A DNA stretch of 64,000 nucleotides from Candidatus Latescibacterota bacterium (lineage in GTDB: Bacteria; Latescibacterota; UBA2968; UBA8231): the NCBI GenBank assembly GCA_965219385.1, contig CBDCNM010000001.1, forward strand, positions 28,976 to 92,975, written 5' to 3'. How positions within the stretch are numbered: position 1 is the stretch's first letter; each line of letters opens with the position of its first letter. The position numbers and the translations under genes are program-made. Shown one piece after another: positions 1 to 10,050 of this stretch. The notes under the pieces were generated by a model. It did no database searches, was not told the origin of the DNA, and worked only from the letters and a program-made list of their open reading frames with translations.

Positions 1-2397
1 GGGTACTGGTTGGGCGGCAGCGGTCAGACGGAAGCCCTGTCAGCCGCATCCGGCGACGAGGGCCACTTGAAGAATGCGGATGGTTCGTGGAAATACACCA
101 ACGCCCTCGTCCACGAGACCAGCCCGTACCTGCTGCTGCACGCCCACAACCCGGTGGAGTGGTATCCCTGGGGACCCGAAGCCTTGGAGCGGGCCCGCCG
201 AGAGGACAAGCCCATTTTCCTGTCGGTAGGGTACTCCACCTGCTACTGGTGCCACGTCATGGAGCGGAAGGTCTTCGCCAATCCGCAGATCGCCGCCTTG
301 ATGAACCAGTGGTTCGTCAACATCAAGGTAGACCGGGAGGAACGGCCGGATCTGGATCAGATCTACATGACCGCCACCCGGCTGTTGAATCGCGGCCATG
401 GCGGCTGGCCCAATTCGGTCTTCATGAATCCGGACTTACAGCCCTTCTTCGCCGGCACCTATTTCCCACCCGAGGACGCCCACGGCCGTCCCGGCTTTCC
501 CCGCTTGCTGCAGGTGCTGCACCAGGCATGGCAGAAGCGCCGCGACGAGGTGGAAGAAAGCGCCGCCCAGATAACCGCGGCGATCCGCGAGGAGGTGGCG
601 AGCCGGCGGCAGACGCCGGCCATGGCGCCGGATACCGTACTGGTGAACCGGTCCCTCGCAGCTGTAAAGGGCCGCTACGACGCCTACTACGGCGGGTTTG
701 GGGGGGCTCCCAAATTTCCTCCCTGCATACGGTTGGAGTTTTTGCTGGGCACCTGGGAAAGAGAAAAGGACGAATCTTCTCTGAAGATGGTAGCCCACAC
801 CCTGGTTGCCATGGCCCGCGGCGGAATATACGACCAGGTGGGAGGAGGGTTTCACCGCTACGCCACCGATGCCCAGTGGCAAATCCCTCACTTCGAAAAA
901 ATGCTCTACAACCAGGCGCATCTAGCGCATCTGTACCTGAGTGTGTATCGGGCCACGGGAGAAGAAGCCTGGAGGTGGGTGGCCGAGGATATCTTCCGGT
1001 TTGTAGCTCGCGAGATGACGGATGCGGACGGAGGCTTCTATTCGGCCCTGGACGCCGAGACCGAAGCGGTGGAGGGCAAGTACTACCTGTGGACCGAAGA
1101 GGCCATTTCCGAAATCCTGGGCGACGAAGCCGTGTTGTTTTTCGAGGTTTACGATCTGGTCGCCATGCCCGAGGGAGAAGGCATGGTGCTCTTCGTGCCC
1201 AGGTCGCTGGAAGAAGTCGCCGTGGACCTGGAGATGGCGCTGCCGGCCCTGCGGAGCCGGGTAGAGGGGTTGCGCGCCCGTCTGCTGAAGCAGCGCTCGA
1301 CGCGCCTGTACCCCCTGCTGGACGATAAGATCCTGACTTCCTGGAACGGCATGATGATCGCTTCCTACGCCCTTGGCTACGAGGTCCTCAAGGAGGAGTC
1401 CTACCGCCGAACAGCCGAGGCTGCTGCCGAATTTGTGCTCGAACGCATGCGCACGGCGGATGGGGGATTGAAGCGGTTGTACCGTCATGGCGCCGTCAAG
1501 TACGAAGGCTACCTGGAGGACTATGCCTTTTTCGCTCAGGGCCTGCTGAGCCTGTACCGCGCCACGGGCGACGAGCGCTGGCTGCGGGAGGGACGGGCCA
1601 TCGTCGACCAGATGGTCTTGCGGTTCTGGGACGGGGAAGACGACGGATTTTTCTTTACCGAGAGCGGAACCGACCTGATCGTGCGCATCAAGGACGCCCA
1701 GGACTCGGCCCTGCCGGGGGCGAATGCGGTGGCCGTGCACAGCCTGCTCGACCTGGTTCAGTGGACCGGAGAGATGGCCTATCTGGACCGGGCGCGCCAG
1801 ACCCTGCATGCCTTTGGCAGCATGATGCAGGGCAGCCCCAGCGCCTTCACCCATCTGGTTGCCGCGGCGAGGAAGTACCTGGAGATTGCGGCGCTACGGC
1901 CGGTTGCCGTGGGCTTGCCGGCCATGCCCGCAGCCCTCCAGGGGAAGGCCCCGCTGATTCCCGCAGTGCTGTTGCGGACCCGGGTGGACCTCTCGGTGGA
2001 CAGGCCGGCGCCCGGTCAGGACTTTCAGGTCGCGGTCCATCTCGATATCAGCAAAGGCTGGCACATAAACGCCAACCCCTCTTCCAGCGAGATGCTGATT
2101 CCCACCTCTTTGACTTTGAATGCGGATCTGCCGCTCGAGGTCCTCGAGATCGACTATCCCGGGGCCACCGCTTTCTACTCTGCCGCTCTGGACGAGACCT
2201 TGAAGGTGTACCAGGACCGGGTTACCTTGCGGGCAGGGGTGCGGCTGAAGCCGGAGGCCGCGATGGGCCAGCAGGGCCGGCTGAATCTGCTTTTGCAGTA
2301 CCAAGCCTGCGACGACACCCGGTGCCTGCCGCCGGCCGAAGTGCTGGAAACGATTGATCTGGAAGTGGCGTCCGCAGGGGTTGCAGGGGGACGTTAG
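1..2397 (+). CDS. Thioredoxin-domain protein of the DUF255/YyaL (SSP411-like) family with a C-terminal DsbD-N-like domain; 5' end probably runs off the window
   Basis: Frame 1 is open from nt 1 (track ORF 10..2397 begins at TTG). Motifs [20 protein letters not shown] and [13 protein letters not shown] (DUF255 thioredoxin-like CxxC). Long central alpha-helical region. C-terminal GWHINANP...[13 protein letters not shown] resembles the DsbD N-terminal domain. Confidence 0.8.
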   Translation, partial: GYWLGGSGQTEALSAASGDEGHLKNADGSWKYTNALVHETSPYLLLHAHNPVEWYPWGPEALERARREDKPIFLSVGYSTCYWCHVMERKVFANPQIAALMNQWFVNIKVDREERPDLDQIYMTATRLLNRGHGGWPNSVFMNPDLQPFFAGTYFPPEDAHGRPGFPRLLQVLHQAWQKRRDEVEESAAQITAAIREEVASRRQTPAMAPDTVLVNRSLAAVKGRYDAYYGGFGGAPKFPPCIRLEFLLGTWEREKDESSLKMVAHTLVAMARGGIYDQVGGGFHRYATDAQWQIPHFEKMLYNQAHLAHLYLSVYRATGEEAWRWVAEDIFRFVAREMTDADGGFYSALDAETEAVEGKYYLWTEEAISEILGDEAVLFFEVYDLVAMPEGEGMVLFVPRSLEEVAVDLEMALPALRSRVEGLRARLLKQRSTRLYPLLDDKILTSWNGMMIASYALGYEVLKEESYRRTAEAAAEFVLERMRTADGGLKRLYRHGAVKYEGYLEDYAFFAQGLLSLYRATGDERWLREGRAIVDQMVLRFWDGEDDGFFFTESGTDLIVRIKDAQDSALPGANAVAVHSLLDLVQWTGEMAYLDRARQTLHAFGSMMQGSPSAFTHLVAAARKYLEIAALRPVAVGLPAMPAALQGKAPLIPAVLLRTRVDLSVDRPAPGQDFQVAVHLDISKGWHINANPSSSEMLIPTSLTLNADLPLEVLEIDYPGATAFYSAALDETLKVYQDRVTLRAGVRLKPEAAMGQQGRLNLLLQYQACDDTRCLPPAEVLETIDLEVASAGVAGGR

Positions 2398-3425
2398 TTC
2401 AACTGCCCGCCGCAGGAACTGCCGGCACCGGCAGTGCAGCCGTAGCAGTGATCAGCCAGGGCGATGGGGCCTTGGTTGAACCCTTGCAACGAGGCGATGT
2501 CCCAGATCGTCCTCTGGGTTGAGGCCACGGGGATTTCCAGCATCTGATTGAAATCGCAGTCGTAGAGCCGTCCATCCCAGCCGATCGAGATGAGATCCCG
2601 GCACATCACATCGTCCAGATTGTGGACATTGAAGCTGTTTACCAGGAGCGTCATGTACTCCTCCAGCGCCTCCATGTGTTTGAGGTCGTAGAGGAAGCGC
2701 TTGATCGGCATGTTGGTAATGGTGAAGAGGTGGTTGAACTCGATGCCAAAATCCTCCCGAAGGCGTTCGTGGTAGTCGCCTTCAAGCTCTTGCTGGTCGG
2801 GTGGCAGGGAGGGGCCCACCGGGTTGTAGACCAAGTTGAGGATCCGGCCGCTGTCCGCTTTGCCGTATCCCAGAGCGTTGAGTAGTTGGAGGGCGCGAAT
2901 ACTCTGGTCGAATACCCCCTGACCGCGCTGTTTTTCCACGTTTTCCCTTGAGTAACAGGGCATGGAGGCCATGACCTCGATGGAGTTTTGAGCGAGGAAC
3001 TGGGCGGTGTCCTCCTGGCCGGGCTGGAACAGGACGGTGAGGTTGCAGCGATCGATGACCCGCAGGTCTCGCTGGCGAGCCCGGGTGGCCAGGTAGCGGA
3101 AGTGGGGATTGAGCTCGGGGGCGCCGCCGGTTATATCCATGGTCTCGAGGTCCTCGGATCCGGGCATATCCATGAGTCCCACGATGCGTTCGGCGGTTTC
3201 CCGGGTCATGATTTCGCGGCGCCGGGGACCGGCTTCGACGTGGCAGTGGCGGCAGGTCTGGTTGCACAGCTTGCCCACGTTGACCTGCAGGGTGCGCAGG
3301 GTGCGCCGCGTCAGGGAGAGGTTGTGTTCGGTCAGGGTGCGGGCAAAAGGGACCCAGTTGCCAACCAGGGCATCCTTGTCCGGCTTTTGGTCTACTGAGA
3401 TGACCAGGGGCAGGGTATCGTTCAT
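2394..3425 (-). CDS. Radical SAM/Cys-rich domain protein (ArsS-like family)
   Basis: CNQTCRHCH radical-SAM CxxxCxxC motif; C-terminal Cys-rich tail [15 protein letters not shown]. The track ORF starts at TTG 3491, but ATG 3425 is preceded by AAGGAAG about 5 nt upstream. Its stop codon overlaps the stop of the convergent gene 1..2397. Confidence 0.75.
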   Translation of the reverse strand: MNDTLPLVISVDQKPDKDALVGNWVPFARTLTEHNLSLTRRTLRTLQVNVGKLCNQTCRHCHVEAGPRRREIMTRETAERIVGLMDMPGSEDLETMDITGGAPELNPHFRYLATRARQRDLRVIDRCNLTVLFQPGQEDTAQFLAQNSIEVMASMPCYSRENVEKQRGQGVFDQSIRALQLLNALGYGKADSGRILNLVYNPVGPSLPPDQQELEGDYHERLREDFGIEFNHLFTITNMPIKRFLYDLKHMEALEEYMTLLVNSFNVHNLDDVMCRDLISIGWDGRLYDCDFNQMLEIPVASTQRTIWDIASLQGFNQGPIALADHCYGCTAGAGSSCGGQLN

Positions 3426-3509
3426 AATATCTTCCTTGAGCGTGCTCTCACCCGGAGTGAGAATCCTCGTTTTTATAGGCTGTTTTCCCAACAGATCCTT
3501 TTTCCGTAT

Positions 3510-4604
3510 CTACTTGAGCTGCGGCGGACCGCTGTAGCCGATGCTCTCCCAGCCGGCCTCGTCCCCGCCGTAGAGGCGGTAGGGGTGGGGGTAAATTTTG
3601 AGCGAGCGGTCTTTCAGGGGCAGCGCCATCCGTTCGTGGTTGCAATGGGCCGACTGGACCAGGGCAATGGCGATTTCCAGGGCCTGGAGGTAGTCGCGGC
3701 CGCTGCACTCGCACTCCTCGCCGGTGTCAAAGGCGCGCATGAGCTGCTCGATCACGGGCACAAAGAAGCTCTCGGGCGGGGGGGCGTCGAAGAAGGCGGG
3801 AAAAACCGGGGTCAACTCAGCGCCCTTTCCCTGGACGAGCACCGGCCGGGGCCGCGTCATCCACACCTGGCCGTTCTCGCCGGTGACCGCGCTCTGGCAG
3901 ACGGCCTTGGGCTCAGTCGGTGGTTTGCAGATCCGGCAGACAATGCCGCCGGAAAGCCCCAGGCGACCCCAGGCCGGACAGTCGACCTGGGTGTCCAGGG
4001 TGGCTTCCCGGGCCCGGTAGCCCGGCTTCGGGGGCAGGGTCCAGCCCTCGACCCACTCCACCTCCATGTCGGTGAGAAAGCGCATCTGGGTGAGCTCGGC
4101 GCAGCCCCCGCCCGCGACCTCGTCCACCAGCCCGCGGGGAATGGCCGCAGCAGTGAGAGGACCGATATTGCCCGCGCGGATCCACTCCACTGTTTCCTGC
4201 AGATAGGGGGCGTTCCAGTGGCCGGTGCCACAGCCAAAGGCGGTACCGCGCTCGCGGCAGACGCGCACCATTTCGTCGGCCCGGGCCAGTTCCACGGCAA
4301 TGGGTTTTTCGCACGAGACCACCCTGACCCCGGCCTCGGCGCAGGCGATCACCGCATCGTGGGTGTAGGCCACGGGCAGGATGGCCGAGACAATGTCGGG
4401 AACGTCCCGGGCCAGAAGCTCGTCCACGGTGTCGTAGACGGCCTCGACCCCGTAGTGCTGGGCGAATTGCTGGCGGCGGTCCCGGGCCCGATCCACCAGG
4501 GCGATGACCTCGCAGTCCGGGTGTTCGGCGTAGGCGCGCAGGTAGTGGCGGCCCCAGGTGCCGGCACCGCCCACCACGGCGACTCTGTATTTTTTTTCTG
4601 ACAT
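3510..4604 (-). CDS. Gfo/Idh/MocA family oxidoreductase
   Basis: N-terminal Rossmann VAVVGGAGTWG and family-typical SCEKPIA (EKP) motif; ATG start. Confidence 0.8.
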   Translation of the reverse strand: MSEKKYRVAVVGGAGTWGRHYLRAYAEHPDCEVIALVDRARDRRQQFAQHYGVEAVYDTVDELLARDVPDIVSAILPVAYTHDAVIACAEAGVRVVSCEKPIAVELARADEMVRVCRERGTAFGCGTGHWNAPYLQETVEWIRAGNIGPLTAAAIPRGLVDEVAGGGCAELTQMRFLTDMEVEWVEGWTLPPKPGYRAREATLDTQVDCPAWGRLGLSGGIVCRICKPPTEPKAVCQSAVTGENGQVWMTRPRPVLVQGKGAELTPVFPAFFDAPPPESFFVPVIEQLMRAFDTGEECECSGRDYLQALEIAIALVQSAHCNHERMALPLKDRSLKIYPHPYRLYGGDEAGWESIGYSGPPQLK

Positions 4605-4832
4605 GGTACAATTCCTTGGAAGTTTGCCGGTACCGAGTATAAAGGATCAGACCGCGTCCATTGGTCCTCACCGCGGTTGGTTACCAGGACACGACAAGGC
4701 CAAACTCGTCGGCCAGCTTTTCCAGCGACTCCACGGTGGAAGGTTCATAGCCTTTGGATTTCTCCTGGCCAGAGAAATGATGAGTTTTATACTGCAAACG
4801 GGCACAAACTGAAATTACCCAGGCCCAGCGGC

Positions 4833-5996
4833 TCATCCACCGGCGGCGCGCTGCGGCACTGCGCCGGAAATAGCGGCGAAGCTGCGCAACCCATCGATGA
4901 CCCGATCCTGCTCGGCGTCGGTCATTTGCGGATAGAGGGGCAGGGTAAGGATGCGCTGCCACACGCGTTCGACAACGGGCAGGGGCGCGCCGAGGAAGGG
5001 TTGGTAGACGGGCAGGAGGTGGTTGGGGTAGAAGTGAACGCCAGACTGGATATTGCGCCCTTCCAGAAAATCGCACAGGGCGTCGCGCTCGTCCAACTGG
5101 ACGACCATATGATAGCAGGCATTCTCGGCGTAGGCGCGCTGAGCCAGCGGCTCTATGCCCTCCACCTCGGCAAAGGCTTCTTCGTAGCGCCGCACCCGGC
5201 GGCGGCGCAGCTGGTTGGCGCGTTCCAGTTTGTCCAATTGGACCAGGCCGAGCGCGGCGGCAATGTCGTTCATTTGGTACTTAAACCCCACCTCTTCGAC
5301 ATCGTATTGCCACGAGCGGGCCGCCTGGCCAGCGCTGAAGCGCTCCCAGGTGCCGCGCGAAATGCCCATCCACTTGAGTTTGCGCACGCGATTGGCCACG
5401 GCGCCATCGTTAGTGACCAGCATGCCACCGTCGCCGGTAGAGAGGTTTTTCTTTGATTCGAAACTAAAACAGCCAATATCGCCCAGGGTGCCCAATTTGT
5501 GGCCCTTGTAAGAACCACCGCAGGACTGGGCCGCGTCTTCGATCACTACGAGATTGTGTTTGGCCGCCCATTCGACAATGGGGTCCATATCGCACGCATG
5601 TCCGCCGTAGTGGACCACGACGATGGCGCGCGTTTGCGGCGTTATGCGCGCTTCGAGTTCGCGCGCGTCGATATTGAGCGTATCGGCTTCGACATCGCAG
5701 AACACGGGGCGCCCGCCGGCGTAGAGGATGGCGTGGTTGGTAGACACAAAAGTCATGGATGTAGTAAGAACGTCGCAGTCATCCACCTCAGCTGCCAACA
5801 TGGCCAGATGCAGCGCAGCCGTGGCTGAATACAGCGCGATGGCGTGTTCGACGCCGATGTATTCGGCAAAGCGCTTTTCGAATTGGGCTACCTTGGGTCC
5901 GGTGCCCACCCACCCTGTTTGCAAAGGCGCGTGCAACGCCTCGTATTCGGCTTCTTCGAACCAGGGTTTAAAAATCTGAATGACGGCTTCTGGCAC
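4833..5996 (-). CDS. DegT/DnrJ/EryC1/StrS family PLP-dependent aminotransferase
   Basis: Full-length family-like sequence including SFESKKNLSTGDGGML (PLP-lysine region); GTG start. Confidence 0.85.
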   Translation of the reverse strand: MPEAVIQIFKPWFEEAEYEALHAPLQTGWVGTGPKVAQFEKRFAEYIGVEHAIALYSATAALHLAMLAAEVDDCDVLTTSMTFVSTNHAILYAGGRPVFCDVEADTLNIDARELEARITPQTRAIVVVHYGGHACDMDPIVEWAAKHNLVVIEDAAQSCGGSYKGHKLGTLGDIGCFSFESKKNLSTGDGGMLVTNDGAVANRVRKLKWMGISRGTWERFSAGQAARSWQYDVEEVGFKYQMNDIAAALGLVQLDKLERANQLRRRRVRRYEEAFAEVEGIEPLAQRAYAENACYHMVVQLDERDALCDFLEGRNIQSGVHFYPNHLLPVYQPFLGAPLPVVERVWQRILTLPLYPQMTDAEQDRVIDGLRSFAAISGAVPQRAAGG

Positions 5997-6015
5997 TAGT
6001 TTCTCTCCTCGGCGC

Positions 6016-7263
6016 TCAACGCGCTCGAACTCCGAAATGGAACGGGTGCCACCGCCAGCCCTTTAGGATGTTCGCACGCGTCAAGGCTCGGATCTTCAGG
6101 GCCCGCGCTCTCGCGATGTGTGCGGGAACCTTCCCGGGCAGTTCGGCAGAGGGGGTGAAGCTGCGCTCCGAGTACACCGTCGCGAATACGGAGTCGACAG
6201 GGAGGTCTTTTACGAAGCGGCAAGTCTCTGCGAAATCGTCCTCGGTCTCGCCCGGAAAGCCTAGCAGGATGTGGGTGCGCAGGACGGTTTCCGGTGATAT
6301 CTCGCGGATCTCGCGCACGAGTGCCTGGTACTCGGCTGCCGTGTGATTTCGCTTCATCAGCGCCAGGATCCGGTCGCAACCCGACTGCACGGGCACGACC
6401 ATGTAGCGGATCTTCCCCCGGGCGAAGATCGGCTTGAGATCCTGCCAGTACCTGATCAGCCACTCGGAGTGAACGTTCCTCAGAGTCAGCCCGAACTGTT
6501 CAGGAAGGGCGCTGAGCGCGTCGAGCAGCGCAGCGATGTTGGTTCCCAGATCCTGCCCGTATGACGCCAGCTCGTCGCACGACAGTGCCACAGACCTCTT
6601 GCCTCGCCGGATGGCATCTTGTACTCGCTCGACGACAATCTCCAGAGGCACGCTCTTCGTGCGACCTTTTGCCCGGAGGATCGAGCAAAAGCTGCACTGG
6701 TTCATGCAGCCTACACTGATGTGAACGAACTCTGTGTGCTCGTCGGGGTAGTAGCGGTATTGCCAGAGCCACCGGGGCACCGGGATCACGGGCAGTCGGT
6801 CGAGCACGTCGTAGATGGTTCTCAGGGTCCTTTGCAGCTTCCCTTGCCAGGGATTTCGGAAGCTCATGCCGACCCGATCGGCGCTGACGGGCACGCAACC
6901 GGATCGGACCTCGTCGATGGGGACGCGAGCATCCGTGAGCGTATCGAGCCTGTGCAGACTTCGGGGGGTGACCAAGGCACCGTCATAGCCAGCAGTGCGC
7001 ACCGCCTGATTATGGATTGCAGGCAGACACCCGGCAAAGACAACCTGCGCATTGGCGTGCTCGATCTGCTCCATTCGCTTGTAGACGGCCAGGGACTCCT
7101 GCTCCAACGCTTCCGTCACAGCGCAGCTGTTGACGATAATCAGGTCTGCCTCTTCGGGACGGTCCGTGAGCTTCCAATCGTTCGTCTCCAGGTACCGGGT
7201 GATGAGTGCTCCGTCAAGGGCGTTCTCACTGCATCCAAGATTCACGCAGTGCGCAGTCTTCAT
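6016..7263 (-). CDS. MiaB/RimO-like radical SAM protein (MTTase N-terminal domain plus radical SAM core, no TRAM domain)
   Basis: N-terminal three-Cys pattern (GCSEN, NSCAV, AGCL), radical SAM CMNQCSFC, ATG start at 7263. Confidence 0.7.
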   Translation of the reverse strand: MKTAHCVNLGCSENALDGALITRYLETNDWKLTDRPEEADLIIVNSCAVTEALEQESLAVYKRMEQIEHANAQVVFAGCLPAIHNQAVRTAGYDGALVTPRSLHRLDTLTDARVPIDEVRSGCVPVSADRVGMSFRNPWQGKLQRTLRTIYDVLDRLPVIPVPRWLWQYRYYPDEHTEFVHISVGCMNQCSFCSILRAKGRTKSVPLEIVVERVQDAIRRGKRSVALSCDELASYGQDLGTNIAALLDALSALPEQFGLTLRNVHSEWLIRYWQDLKPIFARGKIRYMVVPVQSGCDRILALMKRNHTAAEYQALVREIREISPETVLRTHILLGFPGETEDDFAETCRFVKDLPVDSVFATVYSERSFTPSAELPGKVPAHIARARALKIRALTRANILKGWRWHPFHFGVRAR

Positions 7264-7466
7264 CGTATCCTCCTGTCTCCAGAGGAATGCTTTGGAATTT
7301 CGGCGCTCTTATCATTAAAAAATAAACACTTAGGATTATCTACAGCACATCCTCTATGTAGGGTGTAGTATACTACGCATAGAGAAGGGCGTCAAGCCAA
7401 AATGGGGGCCAGAGGTTACAGACCGACCCGCAGGATCGGCGACCTCTCCTTTGCAAAAGTCATTTT

Positions 7467-10013
7467 TTAGACTTCTTCTCCCATCCCCGCTTCCCGCAAA
7501 GCCCCCAGCAGGCAGGGCACTCCGAAGAATAGCAGGCTCACGTACATGGGGCTCAGGCCCACGGACCCTCTGCGTTTGGGATCGTCGCTCCAGTCCTGAA
7601 GGGCAATCAGGTGCTGCAGGACGGCGCGGCCAACCTTTAGGTAGCGCGGGTTTTTTCGCAGCCGGTAGGCGTGGGCCAGGTGGCGACATACAATGCCGCC
7701 GTAGCTGTGCTGGATGGCCGTCTCTGCGTCAAAGTTCTGGCCGCAGAACCAGTCCACTGCCCTGCAGTAGACCGTGGCCACGTCCGCCCGCCCCGTCATC
7801 CGGTGCAGCAGTTCCAGGCCGATCATCAGGTAGTGCGTCTGGTAGCCTTTCTGTTCCGATGCCGGCAACACCCGAATAAGCGGGGCGTCCTCTCCCCGCA
7901 GCCTCAGGTGTTCCTGGTCGGTAAAGGGAGGAGCCGTGCCCATTTCCACGGCCAGGGTGGTGCCCTCGGTCGCCATCCCGTAGGGCGCCTGATCGGGCAG
8001 CCGGTCCGGGGTTGAAATCTGGAAGCGCTTGTGCCAGCTGCCGTCTTCGTTCTGCCCCCGGGCAATCGCGTCGTAGACCTCCTCGGCGCGCTTTTTGAAG
8101 CGCTCTTCGCCGCTCATCTCGTAGACGTAGAGCAGGCCGCGCAGGGTATTGGCAATGCTTCGCAGGCTGAAACTATAGGTCGGGTCCTCGGTCCAGCGAT
8201 AGCGCAGGAAAAAGCCGCCGGTCTCGCGCAGTACTTCGGCGGTGCGCAAATCGCCGGTCAAGTAGTAGTAGTCCATCCAGTTGTCCACAAAGGTGTGCGA
8301 GGCGCACGGCTCATCCCCGTAGTGGTCGACGCTGTGGCGAAAACAACCACCCACCATGTAGGGACGGAAGGGATGGAAATGGCAGGTATCCACGTCCATG
8401 GAGTGTCGGGTCATGGCTTCCCCCAGGCGGAAATAGCGATCTTCTCCCGTGCGCAGGTAGTGTATCCAGACCCCGTGGCGAGGGTCCCATTCACTGTTGC
8501 ACCAGCCCCAGCGGCCGTAAAAACGCCAGTTGTTGCGGGCTTCTTCCCAGGCCACCAGCATATCTCCCCAGTCGAAAAACCCGTACCACCCGCCCAGCTG
8601 TATGCTGCGTTCCACCCAATCCAGAAAACCCCGCATCATGCGCTCCGAAGCGGGAAAGGTCTCGGGGTCGAGCGGTGCAAATCCGCCCGTCACGTCGCAC
8701 CGGGCGGTCCAGGCCGGGTCCACAGATACATGGGGAAAAGCCAGCAATCCGCGCAGGACGTCCGTGGTTTCCGCATCCTGGTCGGACCGGTAGAAAGAGA
8801 TGAAAAATTCGCTGGTCTTGGCCGTACCCGCACCATCCGCGTACACCCCTTCCCCCTCGCCCCACGACACCTCTTCGCTGTAGCGCCTAAAGTTCAGCCG
8901 CCCGCCGTCCGGGTCGCGCCACAGATAAACATCGATGCCCCGTCCGCTGCCCGAGGTCCCCAGGGCCTTGGGGTACTCCTCGGCCATGGCGCGCAGCGCG
9001 ACCCCTACGCCGGCCCGGTCGTTCTCCAGCGCCATCCAGCCCGCGGTGCGCTCGCCCTCAGCCGTGGTCTTTTTCCGACCGGCCGTCCGGCGTTCCAGGC
9101 GAAAGTGGTTGACCTGGCGCTGGGACAGCAGCAGGTAGTCGTCCGCAGCCAGGGAGCCCTCTTCGGAGCGGACCGATGAGACGCGGTAGCGCAGGGGGCC
9201 CTCCAGTGCCGCCGGCACCTGCACGGCGATCTCTTCTACTTCGGTCTGGCGCGGGTTGCAGGCCACGACCACCGTGGGCAGGACCCGCACAAAAGGCTGG
9301 CCGGCATAGGCGTAGAGGCGCACGATGTAGCGGAAGGGCCGGTAGCCTGAATAGTGGTGCATGGGCACATCGGCCTCAAAACTTCCCGCACAGCGGATCA
9401 CCGCCCGCAGGGGACCGGACTCTTCCACCTCTACCCGATAGTCGTCCTCTGCCAGCGAGGCCAGACAATCGCCGCCCATGCCGTAGATCTGCCGTCGACC
9501 TTCCTGGGTGGAGAAGGATTCGCAGATTCTGATCCATGCTTCGCCGCCTTTTCCCGGGGGAACTATTTCGCACTCGGCGACAAAACCACCGTCTTGCTCC
9601 AGTCGGCCCAGTTCGACGGATTCGACCAGGCCGAAGCGCCGCCGGTCAATTGAGAAACGCAGCGGGCCGCTGCACACAGTGATGTACTGGTCGTCTTCCT
9701 CAATCTGTAGTCCAGGCCCTCCTTCAATGTCCTTGCTCTCTCCTCCATAACGCAGATTGTACACGGCTGTCCCACCTGCCGGCACATCCGCCTGAAAATC
9801 GGTCAGTACCCACTTCGTGCTTCCGTCGGGCCAGTAGCTCAATACCCGCAACTGGGATGCTACGGGCTCGCCCTGGGGATCCGCCACCCACACTGTATCC
9901 AGGTTTTGCAGCTCGCTTTCGGGCAGAGGCACACCCCGGGTAATGGGCCAGCGCCGACGGGAGATGCCCTGACTTTCCGTTACTCTGAGTTCAACTTTTT
10001 GCCCCTCTGCCAT
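7467..10013 (-). CDS. Large (848 aa) uncharacterised protein, possibly PcRGLX-like (exo-rhamnogalacturonan-lyase-like: beta-barrel N-terminus plus alpha/alpha-toroid C-terminus)
   Basis: Long uninterrupted ORF. ATG at 10013 (MAEGQKVEL...) is preferred over the alternative-codon start at 10157. N-terminal RRRWPITRGVPLPE...WPDGSTKWVLTDF and central WGWCNSEWDPRHGVWIHYLRTG recall that family from memory only. No signal peptide seen. Confidence 0.6.
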   Translation of the reverse strand: MAEGQKVELRVTESQGISRRRWPITRGVPLPESELQNLDTVWVADPQGEPVASQLRVLSYWPDGSTKWVLTDFQADVPAGGTAVYNLRYGGESKDIEGGPGLQIEEDDQYITVCSGPLRFSIDRRRFGLVESVELGRLEQDGGFVAECEIVPPGKGGEAWIRICESFSTQEGRRQIYGMGGDCLASLAEDDYRVEVEESGPLRAVIRCAGSFEADVPMHHYSGYRPFRYIVRLYAYAGQPFVRVLPTVVVACNPRQTEVEEIAVQVPAALEGPLRYRVSSVRSEEGSLAADDYLLLSQRQVNHFRLERRTAGRKKTTAEGERTAGWMALENDRAGVGVALRAMAEEYPKALGTSGSGRGIDVYLWRDPDGGRLNFRRYSEEVSWGEGEGVYADGAGTAKTSEFFISFYRSDQDAETTDVLRGLLAFPHVSVDPAWTARCDVTGGFAPLDPETFPASERMMRGFLDWVERSIQLGGWYGFFDWGDMLVAWEEARNNWRFYGRWGWCNSEWDPRHGVWIHYLRTGEDRYFRLGEAMTRHSMDVDTCHFHPFRPYMVGGCFRHSVDHYGDEPCASHTFVDNWMDYYYLTGDLRTAEVLRETGGFFLRYRWTEDPTYSFSLRSIANTLRGLLYVYEMSGEERFKKRAEEVYDAIARGQNEDGSWHKRFQISTPDRLPDQAPYGMATEGTTLAVEMGTAPPFTDQEHLRLRGEDAPLIRVLPASEQKGYQTHYLMIGLELLHRMTGRADVATVYCRAVDWFCGQNFDAETAIQHSYGGIVCRHLAHAYRLRKNPRYLKVGRAVLQHLIALQDWSDDPKRRGSVGLSPMYVSLLFFGVPCLLGALREAGMGEEV

Positions 10014-10050
10014 TATTTCATTTGTTCCTGATGGATTCCAAGAAGGTTTC

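Noticed and set aside
922-1854. Long antisense or alternative-frame ORFs throughout the window. Examples: 922..1854 (-), 3585..4601 (+), 8031..9179 (+), 10081..11484 (+), 18330..19619 (-), 22239..24044 (-), 24741..26105 (-), 26601..28034 (-), 30458..31915 (-), 42367..43650 (-), 49391..50767 (-), 55121..56245 (+), 56261..57454 (+), 57538..58722 (+), 58726..60129 (+).
   Set aside because: They are typical shadow ORFs of GC-rich DNA. Each lies opposite or out of frame to a gene with clear family motifs. Their products are Arg/Pro/Gly/Ala-rich, low-complexity sequences with no recognisable motifs.
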